Program-made: the position numbers and the translations under genes
Notes under the pieces: model-generated
What the model was told of the DNA's origin: nothing
The model's database searches: none
Seen by the model: only the letters and a program-made list of their open reading frames with translations
Origin: Chthoniobacterales bacterium
Lineage (GTDB): Bacteria > Verrucomicrobiota > Verrucomicrobiia > Chthoniobacterales > UBA10450
DNA: 64,000 bases
Assembly (NCBI GenBank): GCA_035556975.1
Contig: DATMEN010000004.1
Span: forward strand, 239,988-303,987
Direction of reading: 5' to 3'
Shown: positions 8,335-18,304 of the stretch, piece after piece
How positions within the stretch are numbered: the stretch's first letter is position 1
Layout of the letters: every line of letters begins with the position of its first letter

Positions 8335-8559
8335 CGTCAACGTCTGCCGTTGTAACGGGTCTGCCTCGTTCAACTGCCAAGAGCAAGAGCAAGAGTCTTC
8401 AAACGTGTCCGAGATGTACTTGAGGAAGATCAGGCCGAGGACGACGTGCTTGTACTCCCCCGCGTCCATGTTGCTACGGAGCCTGTCCGCGGCGAGCCAC
8501 AGCTTGGCTTCGAAGCCGAGATCAGCGGAGGAGTTCTTGGAGGAGCGAGCGCGAGCCAT
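8335..8559 (-). pseudogene. hsdM: Type I methyltransferase subunit relic (N-terminal 54 codons plus short tail)
   Basis: [54 protein letters not shown] is the HsdM N-terminal domain. It is followed by (CTCTTG)3 and about 20 more codons. The methyltransferase core is absent. Confidence 0.75.
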
Positions 8560-8640
8560 GGAGGTAGATGTTTCTACCGCAATGCCTGCCGAAATCGAGG
8601 CGAATTCCTCAACGCCCGTTAGCCCGAGGTCGCCGCAAAC

Positions 8641-8704
8641 CAAGGAGCGGCGGTTTGGAACCGCCGACCTAACAAAACGGCGGTTTCAAACCGCCGCTCC
8701 TTGG
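8641..8704. repeat. REP-A palindromic doublet
   Basis: CAAGGAGCGGCGGTTTGGAACCGCCG acctaacaaaa CGGCGGTTTCAAACCGCCGCTCCTTGG. Confidence 0.9.
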
Positions 8705-8745
8705 CATTGTTCTCCGCGCGCCCACGGCATATCATCCCGAACTCT

Positions 8746-9489
8746 ATGAGATTCGAAAATCAGGTTGCGGTGGTCACGGGGGCGGGGCGGGGAATCGGGC
8801 ACGCCATTGCCGTGCGCCTCGCGAGCGAGGGCGCGCGTGTCGCCTCGGTGAGCCGAACCGAAGCAAACGCCAATAAAACCGCGGCGGAGATCAACGGCGC
8901 CTGCGCGGATGCGTCGAAGGCTTATGCCGTCGATGTGGCAGACCATGCCGCCGTCCAAAAAATTGGGGCCCAGATCCTGGAAGACTTCGGTCGCGTCGAC
9001 ATTCTGGTGAATAATGCCGGCGTCACCCGCGATGGCCTCAGTATGCGGATGTCGGTCGAAGATTGGGACACCGTCCTGAACACGAACTTGAAAGGCGCCT
9101 TCAGTTTTACGCAGGCCTTGATGCGGCCGATGATCAAGCAGCGGAGCGGCCGGATCATCAACATCAGCTCGATCAGCGGATTGATCGGCAACGCGGGCCA
9201 GGCGAATTACGCTGCGAGCAAGGCGGGGCTGATTGGGCTTACGAAAACCCTGGCCCGAGAGCTGGCGAGCCGTGGGATCACGGTGAACGCCGTCGCTCCC
9301 GGGTTGATCGAGACGGACATGACCACCGTGCTTTCCGACGAAATTCGTCAATCCATTTTGCAGAAGGTCCCGCTCGGCAAATTGGGGCAACCGGACGATA
9401 TCGCCGGCGCTGTCGCCTATCTCGCTTCCGCGGAGGCGGCCTATATCACCGGCCAAGTGCTGGCCGTCGACGGCGGCATGGTGATGTAA
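8746..9489 (+). CDS. fabG: 3-oxoacyl-ACP reductase
   Basis: Trimmed to MRFENQVAVVTGAGRGIGHAIA. Also NNAG, YAASKAG (YxxxK) and GITVNAVAPG. Confidence 0.85.
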   Translation: MRFENQVAVVTGAGRGIGHAIAVRLASEGARVASVSRTEANANKTAAEINGACADASKAYAVDVADHAAVQKIGAQILEDFGRVDILVNNAGVTRDGLSMRMSVEDWDTVLNTNLKGAFSFTQALMRPMIKQRSGRIINISSISGLIGNAGQANYAASKAGLIGLTKTLARELASRGITVNAVAPGLIETDMTTVLSDEIRQSILQKVPLGKLGQPDDIAGAVAYLASAEAAYITGQVLAVDGGMVM

Positions 9490-9497
9490 TTCTTTCC

Positions 9498-9563
9498 CAA
9501 GGAGCGGCGGTCTCCAGACCGCCGACCTAAAAACAACGGCGGTTTGTAAACCGCCGCTCCTTG
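9498..9563. repeat. REP-A palindromic doublet
   Basis: CAAGGAGCGGCGGTCTCCAGACCGCCG ... CGGCGGTTTGTAAACCGCCGCTCCTTG. Confidence 0.9.
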
Positions 9564-9650
9564 AGGCTGAATGCCCTCGGCAGCGCCCACGCAGCCGAAC
9601 GAGCACCAAAATTGCTGTTTTGAGTCCCAGCCTAGCCAGGCAGTCCGCGA

Positions 9651-10283
9651 ATGAAAACTCTCTCAGCACTGTTCGCGATTGGGCTCGCAATTCTTGGCTA
9701 CACCTATCTTCAGCGCCCGATCAGTTATCCGGCCGGCGTTCTCGTCGAGTCGGAGCCAGCCCAGATCGCGATAGCCGAAGGCCACGCGCCGATCGAGCAT
9801 GGCGAGTATCGCCTGAAACCGCTCGCCCGCTTTTCGCTCGATGGGCGCATCTTGCACCGGAAGGTTTATCGCTACGATCGGGAAGCGAAGCTCGTCCCCA
9901 TCGATCTTGCGGTTGGCTGGGGGCCGATGTCCGATCAGGCAGTGCTCGATCAAATCAAGATCACTCAGAGCATGCGCTTCTACTGGTACGAATACCGGTT
10001 GCCACCGCCGATTCCCCAGGACCGAATCATTTCGCACAGCACCAATCTGCATGTCATTCCGGCGACATCCGTGGTTCTGTCCTTCTGCAAATCGTTGCGC
10101 CAGGGTGAGCTGGTTCATCTTGAGGGCGAACTGGTCGAGGCGACCGGTCCGGAGATCGGCGCCTGGCGCAGTTCACTCAGCCGGACGGACACCGGAAAGG
10201 GCGCGTGTGAATTGATGCTGGTGCAAGATTGTTCGAAGATCAGTCGCACGGAAGCCAAGTCCGCCCGACTCGTCACGCGCTGA
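9651..10283 (+). CDS. Hypothetical exported/membrane-anchored protein
   Basis: 210-aa ORF with an N-terminal hydrophobic segment [20 protein letters not shown]. No family recognised. Confidence 0.5.
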   Translation: MKTLSALFAIGLAILGYTYLQRPISYPAGVLVESEPAQIAIAEGHAPIEHGEYRLKPLARFSLDGRILHRKVYRYDREAKLVPIDLAVGWGPMSDQAVLDQIKITQSMRFYWYEYRLPPPIPQDRIISHSTNLHVIPATSVVLSFCKSLRQGELVHLEGELVEATGPEIGAWRSSLSRTDTGKGACELMLVQDCSKISRTEAKSARLVTR

Positions 10284-10287
10284 TCCT

Positions 10288-10382
10288 GGTGGACCGGGCG
10301 CTCCGCGCGCGATGCTTTGGAGTTGGCCCGAGAGCTTTCGGGGCCATTATTGTCATCGCGCGACGGAGCGCGCGATCCACCT
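10288..10382. repeat. PAL-G long palindrome (~95 bp)
   Basis: GGTGGACCGGGCGCTCCGCGCGCGATG ... CCCGAGAGCTTTCGGGG ... CATCGCGCGACGGAGCGCGCGATCCACC. It is a homologue of the element at 39363-39461 and starts 5 nt after a stop codon. Confidence 0.8.
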
Positions 10383-10419
10383 ATTTGCACCGCCGCTCTT
10401 CCCGTTTCATGGTGAAACC

Positions 10420-10896
10420 ATGGCGACAGAAAAAGCGACATTTGGGGCCGGTTGTTTCTGGGGCGTCGAAGCGACCTTCCGGGCCACGCCCGGTGTGACC
10501 AATGCAACCGTCGGATACGCCGGCGGCACGACGGAGAACCCGACTTATGAGGCTGTGTGCAGCCACGACACCGGACATGCCGAAGTGGTGCAGGTGGAGT
10601 TCGATCCGGCCATCGTCAGTTACAATCAGCTCCTCGATGTTTTCTGGGCCAATCACAATCCGACCACGCTGAATCGTCAGGGGCCGGACATTGGGGACCA
10701 ATATCGTTCAGTGATTTTTTATCATTCGCCGGAACAGCGCGTCGCGGCGGAAGAGTCGAAATCCAGCCTGGACCAGAGTGGGCATTTCAAGCGGCCCATC
10801 GTGACTCAGATCGAACCGGCGCCGACATTTTACCCCGCGGAGGATTACCACCAGCGCTACCTGGAGAAGCGCGGCTTGTCGCATTGCGCGGTTTGA
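10420..10896 (+). CDS. msrA: Peptide methionine (S)-S-oxide reductase
   Basis: Trimmed to [20 protein letters not shown] (GCFWG active site), followed by [12 protein letters not shown]. Confidence 0.9.
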   Translation: MATEKATFGAGCFWGVEATFRATPGVTNATVGYAGGTTENPTYEAVCSHDTGHAEVVQVEFDPAIVSYNQLLDVFWANHNPTTLNRQGPDIGDQYRSVIFYHSPEQRVAAEESKSSLDQSGHFKRPIVTQIEPAPTFYPAEDYHQRYLEKRGLSHCAV

Positions 10897-10914
10897 TGCG
10901 CCGCCGTCGCCCCG

Positions 10915-11610
10915 ATGAAGCGCGAAGTCATTCGCTCCAGCAACTTCGTGGCGGACGCGGCCGAGTTCATCCTCCAGCACGCGCGCACGGCGCTGGCGGA
11001 ACGCGACCAATTTCGAATCGCGCTCTCGGGTGGAAACACTCCGCGCCCGGTCTACACCGAGCTGGCCAGGATTGGGCGGGACCTTCCGTGGGACCGGATC
11101 TATTTTACCTTCGGCGACGAGCGGTGTGTGCCGCCGGAGGATGAGCAAAGCAATTACCGCATGGCCCGCGAAACACTTTTCGCTCCCGCGGCCGTGCCAG
11201 AGAAATCGATCGCGCGGATCCGGGGCGAGAGCGAGCCGCAGATCGCGGCCCAGGAATACCAGGACGGGCTGGACCTTCTCGCTGCTCAAGGCGGCGAAAT
11301 GATCTACCGGCACGACCTGATCCTCCTGGGGATGGGAGACGACGGGCACACGGCTTCTTTGTTTCCGGGAACGGCGGCGTTGGAGGAAAAAACACGCAAG
11401 GTGGCGGCCAACTTCGTTCCAAAATTCGACGCCTGGCGGATCACTTTCACCTTCCCGCTCATCAGCCAGGCGCGTCACATTTGTTTCCTGGCGAACGCGA
11501 ACAAAAACAGGGCGCTGCTCGAGAAGGTGCTGCAAGGCGACCGCCAGTATCCCGCGGCCCAGGTCGAACCCTCGAACGGCGGCCTGACCTGGATTCTCGG
11601 TGAGTCATAG
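10915..11610 (+). CDS. pgl: 6-phosphogluconolactonase
   Basis: [12 protein letters not shown] and [15 protein letters not shown]. Confidence 0.85.
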   Translation: MKREVIRSSNFVADAAEFILQHARTALAERDQFRIALSGGNTPRPVYTELARIGRDLPWDRIYFTFGDERCVPPEDEQSNYRMARETLFAPAAVPEKSIARIRGESEPQIAAQEYQDGLDLLAAQGGEMIYRHDLILLGMGDDGHTASLFPGTAALEEKTRKVAANFVPKFDAWRITFTFPLISQARHICFLANANKNRALLEKVLQGDRQYPAAQVEPSNGGLTWILGES

Positions 11611-11642
11611 AACCCGGCACGACTCCAGCTTCGAGCTTTCCC

Positions 11643-12707
11643 ATGCGTAAGATTATCGTGACCGGTTCCGCGGGCCTGATCGGCTCCGAGACGGTCAAGC
11701 ATTTCGCGGGCGAAGGATATCGCGTGGTCGGAATCGATAACGATATGCGAAGCCGTTTCTTCGGAGCGGAGGCCTCGACCCAGAAGACGCGCGAGCAGCT
11801 CGTCCAGACAGTCCCGGAGTATGAACACCGCGACCTCGATATCCGGGATGCGAGTGGGGTGCTGGAATTATTCAAAGCGCATCGCTCCGATATCGCAGCC
11901 GTGGTTCATACCGCGGCGCAGCCTTCCCACGATTGGGCCGCGCGCGATCCGCAGACCGATTTTACCGTCAACGCGAACGGCACCCTGAACCTCCTCGAAG
12001 CCGCCCGCGAGGTCTGCCCGGAAGCGCCGTTCGTCTTCACGTCGACCAACAAAGTTTATGGCGACACGCCAAATCGGCTGCCGTTATCGGAGCTGCCTTT
12101 GCGTTGGGAAATTGCCGAGGGCCACGAATACGAACCGGGCATTTCCGAGACGATGAGCATCGATTACACAAAGCATTCGCTCTTCGGCGCGTCGAAGGCG
12201 GCCGCGGATATCCTGGTGCAGGAGTACGGGCGTTACTTCGGAATGCCGACCGCCTGTTTTCGCGGCGGCTGCCTGACCGGACCGGCCCATGCCGGCACCG
12301 AGCTGCACGGTTTTCTTTCCTATTTGATGATCTGCACCGTGACCGGACGGCCTTACCGCGTCTTTGGCTACGGCGGAAAACAGGTGCGCGATAATATTCA
12401 CAGCGCCGATCTCGTGGATGCCTTCGCCGCCTTCCTTCGCGCGCCGCGCGCGGGGGAAGTTTATAACATCGGCGGCAGCCGCCACTGCAACTGCTCCATG
12501 CTCGAAGCGATCGACCTCTGCGAGGAAATCAGTGGCCGGAAGCTAACCTGGAAATACGAGGAAGATAACCGTATCGGCGACCACATTTGGTGGATCAGCG
12601 ATGTCCGAAAATTCCAGGAGCACTATCCCGAATGGAAGTTTCGTTACGGCCTGCGGGAAATTCTCGAAGAGATCTACGGAGCGGTGATGGCGGGCCAAAA
12701 CAGGTAG
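11643..12707 (+). CDS. NAD-dependent epimerase/dehydratase family protein
   Basis: [13 protein letters not shown] (GxxGxxG) and FGASKAAAD (YxxxK region), 354 aa. Confidence 0.75.
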   Translation: MRKIIVTGSAGLIGSETVKHFAGEGYRVVGIDNDMRSRFFGAEASTQKTREQLVQTVPEYEHRDLDIRDASGVLELFKAHRSDIAAVVHTAAQPSHDWAARDPQTDFTVNANGTLNLLEAAREVCPEAPFVFTSTNKVYGDTPNRLPLSELPLRWEIAEGHEYEPGISETMSIDYTKHSLFGASKAAADILVQEYGRYFGMPTACFRGGCLTGPAHAGTELHGFLSYLMICTVTGRPYRVFGYGGKQVRDNIHSADLVDAFAAFLRAPRAGEVYNIGGSRHCNCSMLEAIDLCEEISGRKLTWKYEEDNRIGDHIWWISDVRKFQEHYPEWKFRYGLREILEEIYGAVMAGQNR

Positions 12708-12716
12708 GGGCGTCGA

Positions 12717-12797
12717 CTTGCACCTGCACTTTAACTTTCACCTGCACACCTTTGTCGCAACGAAGCGTGCAAGTTAAAGTGAAAGTGTAAGTGCAGG
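12717..12797. repeat. HEX-F hexamer-periodic hairpin (probable bidirectional terminator)
   Basis: Left arm CTTGCAC CTGCAC TTTAAC TTTCAC CTGCAC and right arm GTGCAA GTTAAA GTGAAA GTGTAA GTGCAG. About 17/19 bases pair in the best register. It lies between convergent genes. Confidence 0.7.
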
Positions 12798-12825
12798 ACA
12801 GCGCGCTGTCCCTGCCAGGCAAGCC

Positions 12826-13233
12826 TCAATACTCTTCGCCTTCGTCCTTCACGGTCGGCGCGACTTTGTCTTCCACTCCGTAGACGTGGAACATGACGCC
12901 AAACCAATAGATCGGGATCAAGGCGAGCCCGAATCCGGCGGTGGCCGTCGCCGCCAGCGCGCCGGCCAGAATCGCGCCAAACGCGCCGGTCACGAAAAGG
13001 AGGCCGAGCAGCTTGTATCCTTTGTAAACATGGCCGAGCCCGGGGACCACGCTCAGCATGACCGCAACTAAATCGCTCGCCTGGCCTTCCGCGGTGTCTG
13101 TGTCGGGCGTGCGCACCCAATCACAACGATCGCAGTTTGCCGCATCTTTGGGCAGCACCTGTCCGCAGAGCGGGCAGTTGATGATGTCGGCCGATATGGT
13201 GGGTTCTGAAGTTGGCGCGTCAGTGTATTCCAA
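12826..13233 (-). CDS. Zinc-ribbon membrane protein
   Basis: CPLCGQ...CDRCDW zinc ribbon followed by two hydrophobic helices. Confidence 0.55.
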   Translation of the reverse strand: MEYTDAPTSEPTISADIINCPLCGQVLPKDAANCDRCDWVRTPDTDTAEGQASDLVAVMLSVVPGLGHVYKGYKLLGLLFVTGAFGAILAGALAATATAGFGLALIPIYWFGVMFHVYGVEDKVAPTVKDEGEEY

Positions 13234-13314
13234 GATTTTCTCCTCGGTTAAGTCGGGGATGCGAGACGCCTAACGGTCACAAGACGCAAAGATTTCGTCA
13301 AGTAATCTAATCTC

Positions 13315-13372
13315 GGAGGGACGGGCTTCTGCACGTCCCATTATTCAGGGACATGCGGAAGCATGTCCCTCC
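13315..13372. repeat. REP-B doublet
   Basis: GGAGGGACGGGCTTCTGCACGTCCC attattca GGGACATGCGGAAGCATGTCCCTCC. Confidence 0.85.
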
Positions 13373-13435
13373 GGGGGAATGCTTTCACGTTTTCTGCGCG
13401 TGCATTCTGGTTTTTCTCCGCTCAGAATGCGCGGC

Positions 13436-14191
13436 ATGCCGCAGCTCCGCCAGCTCGTCGATTACTGCAACGACCTCCTGCGGATTGGCGAGATCGCCGA
13501 TTGGCCCAATGCGATGAATGGCTTGCAGATCGAGAATTCCGGCAAGCTAACCAAGGTCGGCGCCGCGGTCGATGCATCAACGCGGACGATGGACGGGGCG
13601 ATCGAGCGCGGGATCAATCTCCTCATCGTGCACCACGGATTGTTCTGGCCGGGCCTGCAACCAATTACCGGTGGCCGGCGCCGGATGCTCGAGCGCGCCT
13701 TCGAGCATGACGTCGCGCTCTACAGCGCCCATCTCCCGCTCGATGTGCACTCGGCCCTCGGCAATAACGCGCAGCTCGCCGGCGCCCTGGGCTTTCAAAA
13801 CACCGAACCGTTCCTCGAGCAGAAAGGGCAACCTGTTGGCCTGAAGGTGAACGCTCAAATTCCGCGGGCGGAACTTGCGGGCAACCTCGAGCGCGCGTTA
13901 GGCGGCCCGGTCAAATTGTTCGCCAGAGGACCCGAGCAAACGCAGACGATTGCCCTAATCACCGGAGGCGCTGGCGCTGAAATCTACGCGGTCGCCCAGG
14001 AAGGCATCGATACCTTCATTACCGGCGAAGCGCCTCATTGGGCCGCCGTGGCCGCGGAGGAAATCGGAATGAACCTGCTGCTCGGCGGGCATTACGCGAC
14101 TGAAACTTTCGGCGTGAAAGCCCTGGCGGCCCATTTGTCGGATCGGTTCGGTTTGCCGTGGGAATTTTTGGATTTTCCGACCGGACTATGA
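13436..14191 (+). CDS. Nif3-like dinuclear metal centre protein
   Basis: WPNAMNGLQIEN, INLLIVHHGLFW and the C-terminal GHYATE. The start is uncertain (13379, 13427 or 13436). Confidence 0.75.
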   Translation: MPQLRQLVDYCNDLLRIGEIADWPNAMNGLQIENSGKLTKVGAAVDASTRTMDGAIERGINLLIVHHGLFWPGLQPITGGRRRMLERAFEHDVALYSAHLPLDVHSALGNNAQLAGALGFQNTEPFLEQKGQPVGLKVNAQIPRAELAGNLERALGGPVKLFARGPEQTQTIALITGGAGAEIYAVAQEGIDTFITGEAPHWAAVAAEEIGMNLLLGGHYATETFGVKALAAHLSDRFGLPWEFLDFPTGL

Positions 14192-14217
14192 ATTCGCTTT
14201 CAACCAGTGTGCCTTTC

Positions 14218-14294
14218 CAAGGAGCGGCGGTTTTCCAACCGCCGACGCGCCATAACTGGCCACGGTGGGCGGTTTGGAAACCGCCCCTCCTTGG
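14218..14294. repeat. REP-A palindromic doublet
   Basis: CAAGGAGCGGCGGTTTTCCAACCGCCG ... GGGCGGTTTGGAAACCGCCCCTCCTTGG. Confidence 0.9.
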
Positions 14295-14330
14295 TCCGCG
14301 GTCACCATTCCCTAAGCGAACTCTCTTTAT

Positions 14331-17276
14331 ATGAATGCGGATTCATTCGCCTGTCTCGGCCTCGTCATCCTGTTGGTGCCGATCCTTTTGATCGTGGTCG
14401 GCGTGGTGGAGATCCACAAACTGAAGAAAACCGTGCGCGAGCTCGCCAGTCGCATCGGGGCGCTGGAATCGCGTGATCGCGGGTTCGCCGCGCCAGCGGT
14501 CTCGGTTCAGCCACCGGCGAGTGCACCCGCGCCCGAGGCTGTTTCGCCGCCGGGCCCGACCATCCCGCGCGCAGTTCCGCCGCAGGGTTCAACGCCTGCG
14601 GTCGTTCCGGAACCGGCGCGGCCAAAGGCAGGTCCCAGCGTGCCACCGCCGTTGCCCCCGCCAATGCCCGCTGGCCCGCCACCGCCTCCTCCATTTCTGC
14701 CGCGTCCCGCCCGCGCGGCGATCGACTGGGAAGCATTCCTGGGGGTCAAACTCTTCGCCTGGATCGGAGGCTTCGTTCTTTTCCTCGGGATCGTTTTCCT
14801 GGTAAAATACTCCTTCGAGAACAACCTCATCACTCCCGCAATGCGGGTGGTGATCGGCACAGCCATCGGGCTCGCGCTTATCGTGACCGGCTGGTTGACG
14901 GCGACCCGGCGCTACCGCGTCTCCGGCCAGAGCCTCTGCGCGACCGGAGTGTTGGTTCTCTACGGAAATATTTTTGCGGCCCACGTTTTCTATCATTTGA
15001 TCGCGCTCGTTCCCGCGTTCGCTTCCATGGCGATCGTCACGGCCGCGGCGTTTTTCCTGGCCGTCCGCATGAACGCCCAGGTCATCGTCGTCCTGGGCTT
15101 ATTGGGCGGTTTTCTCACGCCGGGACTTCTTTCCACCGGAGTCGACAATCCGATCGCGCTCTTCGGCTACATCGCGGTCCTCAACGTCGGCATCGCCGCC
15201 GTCGCCCTGCGCAAGCGCTGGGATTATCTCATCCTGCTCGCGGCGGCCGGCACGGCGCTGACGGAGTTCGCCTGGGGCTGGAAGTTCTTCGAACATTGGA
15301 AGGCAAACATCGCGTTCGTCGTTTTTCTCGGCTTCGAAGCGCAGTTCCTCGCGATTTTCGCGGCGCAACGCCGAACCAATCCGAAGGCGGACTGGGCGGC
15401 GGGTGGGGTTGTCTTGCTTGGTTTCACGGCCCTGGCCGCGGCCTTCTCGTTCCTCGGCTATTCCGAGCTCGGTCGCCGGCCCGGCTTCATTTTCACGTTC
15501 GCCTTTCTCGCCGAGGCGGGCCTCCTCGCCCTGGTTATCCTTCGATCGAGATCTACGGCCCTGCTCGCACCCGCCGGCGGCCTGGCCGTCTTTGCCTTCC
15601 TGGTCATGTGGACGGGAATTTACCTGAACGACGCGTTGCTGTGGTGGGGGCTGGGCGGGTATATCGCGTTCGCTCTCTTCCACGCGGGTTTCGCATTCTG
15701 GCCAAAAGAGGACGCGACCGCTTCCACAGAAGGCGCATGGCACAGTTACGTGCCGTTGCTGCCGCTCGTGCTCATTTGCGTTTGCGTCGGGAAAAGCGAA
15801 ACATCGGCGGCCGTCTGGCTTTGCGTTCTCCTTCTCAATGTCATCGCGGTCGGCGTGGCCTTTGCGCGGCGTTCTCTTCCAGCAGTTGCCATCGCACTGG
15901 TCGTAACCATCTTCGCCGCCGCATTGTGGATTTTGACGGCGCCGCCCGAAATCGATCTCCGCTGCTTCTTGATCGTAGCGGCCGGAGCCGGGGCCTTCTT
16001 TTTCTCCGCCGCCCTCTTCGCGGCCCGAAGGTTTTTCCCCGATTCGGAAAATGTGCGGCGCAACCTCCCCGCGCTCGCGGCTTCGATGCCATTCCTGCTC
16101 CTGCTCATGGCGATCGCCAAGCTGCCGATCGTGAATCCGACGCCCTTTTTCATTACGGCGTTTTTCCTCGCGGTCCTGCTGCTCGGCCTTGGCGTTGTTA
16201 CGCGGACGAGCTGGATCGCCCTGATCGCGCTCACTTTCACCTGGGCCGTCGAACGCGAATGGCAGGCGCTCCATTTCACGGAGAGTTACGGCGCGCTTGC
16301 GATTGGGTGGCAGGTCGCGTTTTTCCTGCTTTTTCTGGGCTATCCGTTTTTCACGGCGGAAGAACGCAAGCCCTTGCCATGGGCCATCGGCGCACTGTCC
16401 GGCCCTCTGCATTTTTGGCTGATCTACGAAATCATTCGGATGACATTTCCGGACCTGGACAACGGATTGGTCCCGGCCGCCTTCATTCTCCCGTACGCGA
16501 TCGGCGCACTCTTTCTGGTGAAGAAAAAGCAAGTGATCCCCGCCTCGGGGGATGCGCGCCTCGCCTGGCAAGCGGGAGCCGCGTTGTTTTTCGTCAGCCT
16601 CATCTTCCCGATCCAATTCGAGCGCGAATGGATCACCATAGGCTGGGCCCTCGAGGGCTTCGCTTTGCTTTGGTTGTTCCGCGTCGTGCCGCACCGGGGT
16701 CTGCGTTACGTCGGCGTGGGACTGCTCTGTGTGGCCTTCGTCCGTCTCGCTTTGAACCCCGCGGTGCTCGAATATCATCCCCGAAGCGCGACTCCGATCT
16801 GGAACTGGTATCTCTACGGCTACGGCCTTCCGATCTTGTGTCTGTTCGGCGGCGCCTGGCTCTGCCGCCCCACGCCGCAATCCGCTTTCGAACGAACGGC
16901 GCCCACCCTCCTGAACTCGTTAGGCGCGATCCTCACCTTCCTGCTCCTGAACATCGAGATCGCGGATTATTTTTCGATTGGACCCACGCTCACCTTCTCG
17001 TTCTCGGGCAACTTCGCCCGCGACATGACGTATTCCATTGCCTGGGCCCTCTTCGCCTTCGTGCTCCTTCTCGTCGGCATGAAACAAAAGACAGGCTGGG
17101 TGCGTTACGCGGGCGTCGTTCTCCTGCTGGTTACGCTCCTCAAACTCTTCCTGCACGACCTGGGGAATCTCAGTCAGCTTTATCGCATCGGCGCGTTCAT
17201 CGGTGTCGCCGTCATTCTCATCGTCGCCTCGTTCGTTTATCAGCGCTTTCTGGTCCCGAAGAGCAAGGATTCATAA
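14331..17276 (+). CDS. DUF2339-like large polytopic membrane protein
   Basis: 981 aa. It has an N-terminal TM, a short coiled segment, a proline-rich linker and then more than 20 hydrophobic helices. The long ORFs in other frames here are GC-driven artefacts. Confidence 0.7.
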   Translation: MNADSFACLGLVILLVPILLIVVGVVEIHKLKKTVRELASRIGALESRDRGFAAPAVSVQPPASAPAPEAVSPPGPTIPRAVPPQGSTPAVVPEPARPKAGPSVPPPLPPPMPAGPPPPPPFLPRPARAAIDWEAFLGVKLFAWIGGFVLFLGIVFLVKYSFENNLITPAMRVVIGTAIGLALIVTGWLTATRRYRVSGQSLCATGVLVLYGNIFAAHVFYHLIALVPAFASMAIVTAAAFFLAVRMNAQVIVVLGLLGGFLTPGLLSTGVDNPIALFGYIAVLNVGIAAVALRKRWDYLILLAAAGTALTEFAWGWKFFEHWKANIAFVVFLGFEAQFLAIFAAQRRTNPKADWAAGGVVLLGFTALAAAFSFLGYSELGRRPGFIFTFAFLAEAGLLALVILRSRSTALLAPAGGLAVFAFLVMWTGIYLNDALLWWGLGGYIAFALFHAGFAFWPKEDATASTEGAWHSYVPLLPLVLICVCVGKSETSAAVWLCVLLLNVIAVGVAFARRSLPAVAIALVVTIFAAALWILTAPPEIDLRCFLIVAAGAGAFFFSAALFAARRFFPDSENVRRNLPALAASMPFLLLLMAIAKLPIVNPTPFFITAFFLAVLLLGLGVVTRTSWIALIALTFTWAVEREWQALHFTESYGALAIGWQVAFFLLFLGYPFFTAEERKPLPWAIGALSGPLHFWLIYEIIRMTFPDLDNGLVPAAFILPYAIGALFLVKKKQVIPASGDARLAWQAGAALFFVSLIFPIQFEREWITIGWALEGFALLWLFRVVPHRGLRYVGVGLLCVAFVRLALNPAVLEYHPRSATPIWNWYLYGYGLPILCLFGGAWLCRPTPQSAFERTAPTLLNSLGAILTFLLLNIEIADYFSIGPTLTFSFSGNFARDMTYSIAWALFAFVLLLVGMKQKTGWVRYAGVVLLLVTLLKLFLHDLGNLSQLYRIGAFIGVAVILIVASFVYQRFLVPKSKDS

Positions 17277-17359
17277 GGCCGCGCCCGGCGGCAATCTTAC
17301 TGAGCCATTGCGCATTGGCGCAAAAGAGAAAATGGTAAGCCGCAGTCATCCGACCGCTT

Positions 17360-18304
17360 GTGCAAAATTCTGACAAAATATTCGTCGCCGGTCATCGCGG
17401 TCTCGTCGGGAGCGCGTTGATTCGGAGGCTGGAGCGGGACGGGTTTGCCAATTTAGTCACGCGGGATCGCTCTCAGCTCGATCTGATGAATCAGGCGGGA
17501 GTCGACCGCTTTTTCGCGGAAGAGAAGCCGGCCATTGCGATCCTGGCGGCGGCAAGGGTGGGGGGGATCAAGGCAAATGACGATCTTCCCGTCGAGTTCC
17601 TGCTCGAAAACATTCAGATCCAAAACAACGTCATCCGCGCCGCGCACGAAAGCGGTGTTCGGAAACTTTTGTTCATGGGCAGTTCTTGCATTTACCCGAA
17701 GCACGCTCCGCAACCGATCCCGGAATCGGCGCTGCTGACCGGGCCGCTCGAACCTACGAATGACGCGTATGCGATCGCGAAAATCGCGGGGATCAAGCTT
17801 TGCCAGGCCTACGCCCGCGAGTACGGCGCAAACTTCCTCTCGGTCATGCCGACGAATCTGTACGGGCCTAACGACAACTTCGATTTGCTCTCGTCCCATG
17901 TTTTGCCCGCGCTTCTGCGCAAGGCGCACGAAGCAAAAAAGAAAGGAGCGCGCGAGATGCCGGTCTGGGGCTCGGGAAAGCCGCGCCGGGAATTTCTCCA
18001 TGTCGACGACCTGGCCTCCGCCTGCCTCTTCCTGCTCGAGAAATATGACAGCGCCGAAATCATTAATATTGGCTGCGGCGAAGACATCTCCATTCGTGAG
18101 CTGGCCGAACTGATCTGTGACGTCGTGGGATTCCAGGGCGACCTGGCCTGGGACGCGGCCAAACCCGACGGGACGCCGCGCAAACTCCTCGATGTCTCCA
18201 AACTGCACGGCCTGGGCTGGCACCACACCATCGGACTGCGCGAAGGCATCGCGCGGACCTACGAATGGTTCTTGCATAATGGCGCGCCGGAGGCCGCGAA
18301 ATGA
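17360..18304 (+). CDS. fcl: GDP-L-fucose synthase
   Basis: IFVAGHRGLVGSA, GSSCIYPK, YAIAKIAGIKLC. GTG start. Confidence 0.85.
   Translation: MQNSDKIFVAGHRGLVGSALIRRLERDGFANLVTRDRSQLDLMNQAGVDRFFAEEKPAIAILAAARVGGIKANDDLPVEFLLENIQIQNNVIRAAHESGVRKLLFMGSSCIYPKHAPQPIPESALLTGPLEPTNDAYAIAKIAGIKLCQAYAREYGANFLSVMPTNLYGPNDNFDLLSSHVLPALLRKAHEAKKKGAREMPVWGSGKPRREFLHVDDLASACLFLLEKYDSAEIINIGCGEDISIRELAELICDVVGFQGDLAWDAAKPDGTPRKLLDVSKLHGLGWHHTIGLREGIARTYEWFLHNGAPEAAK

Noticed and set aside
15099-17338. Very long ORFs 15099..16880 (-) of 593 aa and 15296..17338 (+) of 680 aa overlapping the DUF2339 gene
   Set aside because: Their translations are Arg/Pro/Gly-rich and low-complexity, as is typical of off-frame reading in high-GC DNA. 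The 14331..17276 frame gives a coherent polytopic membrane protein.
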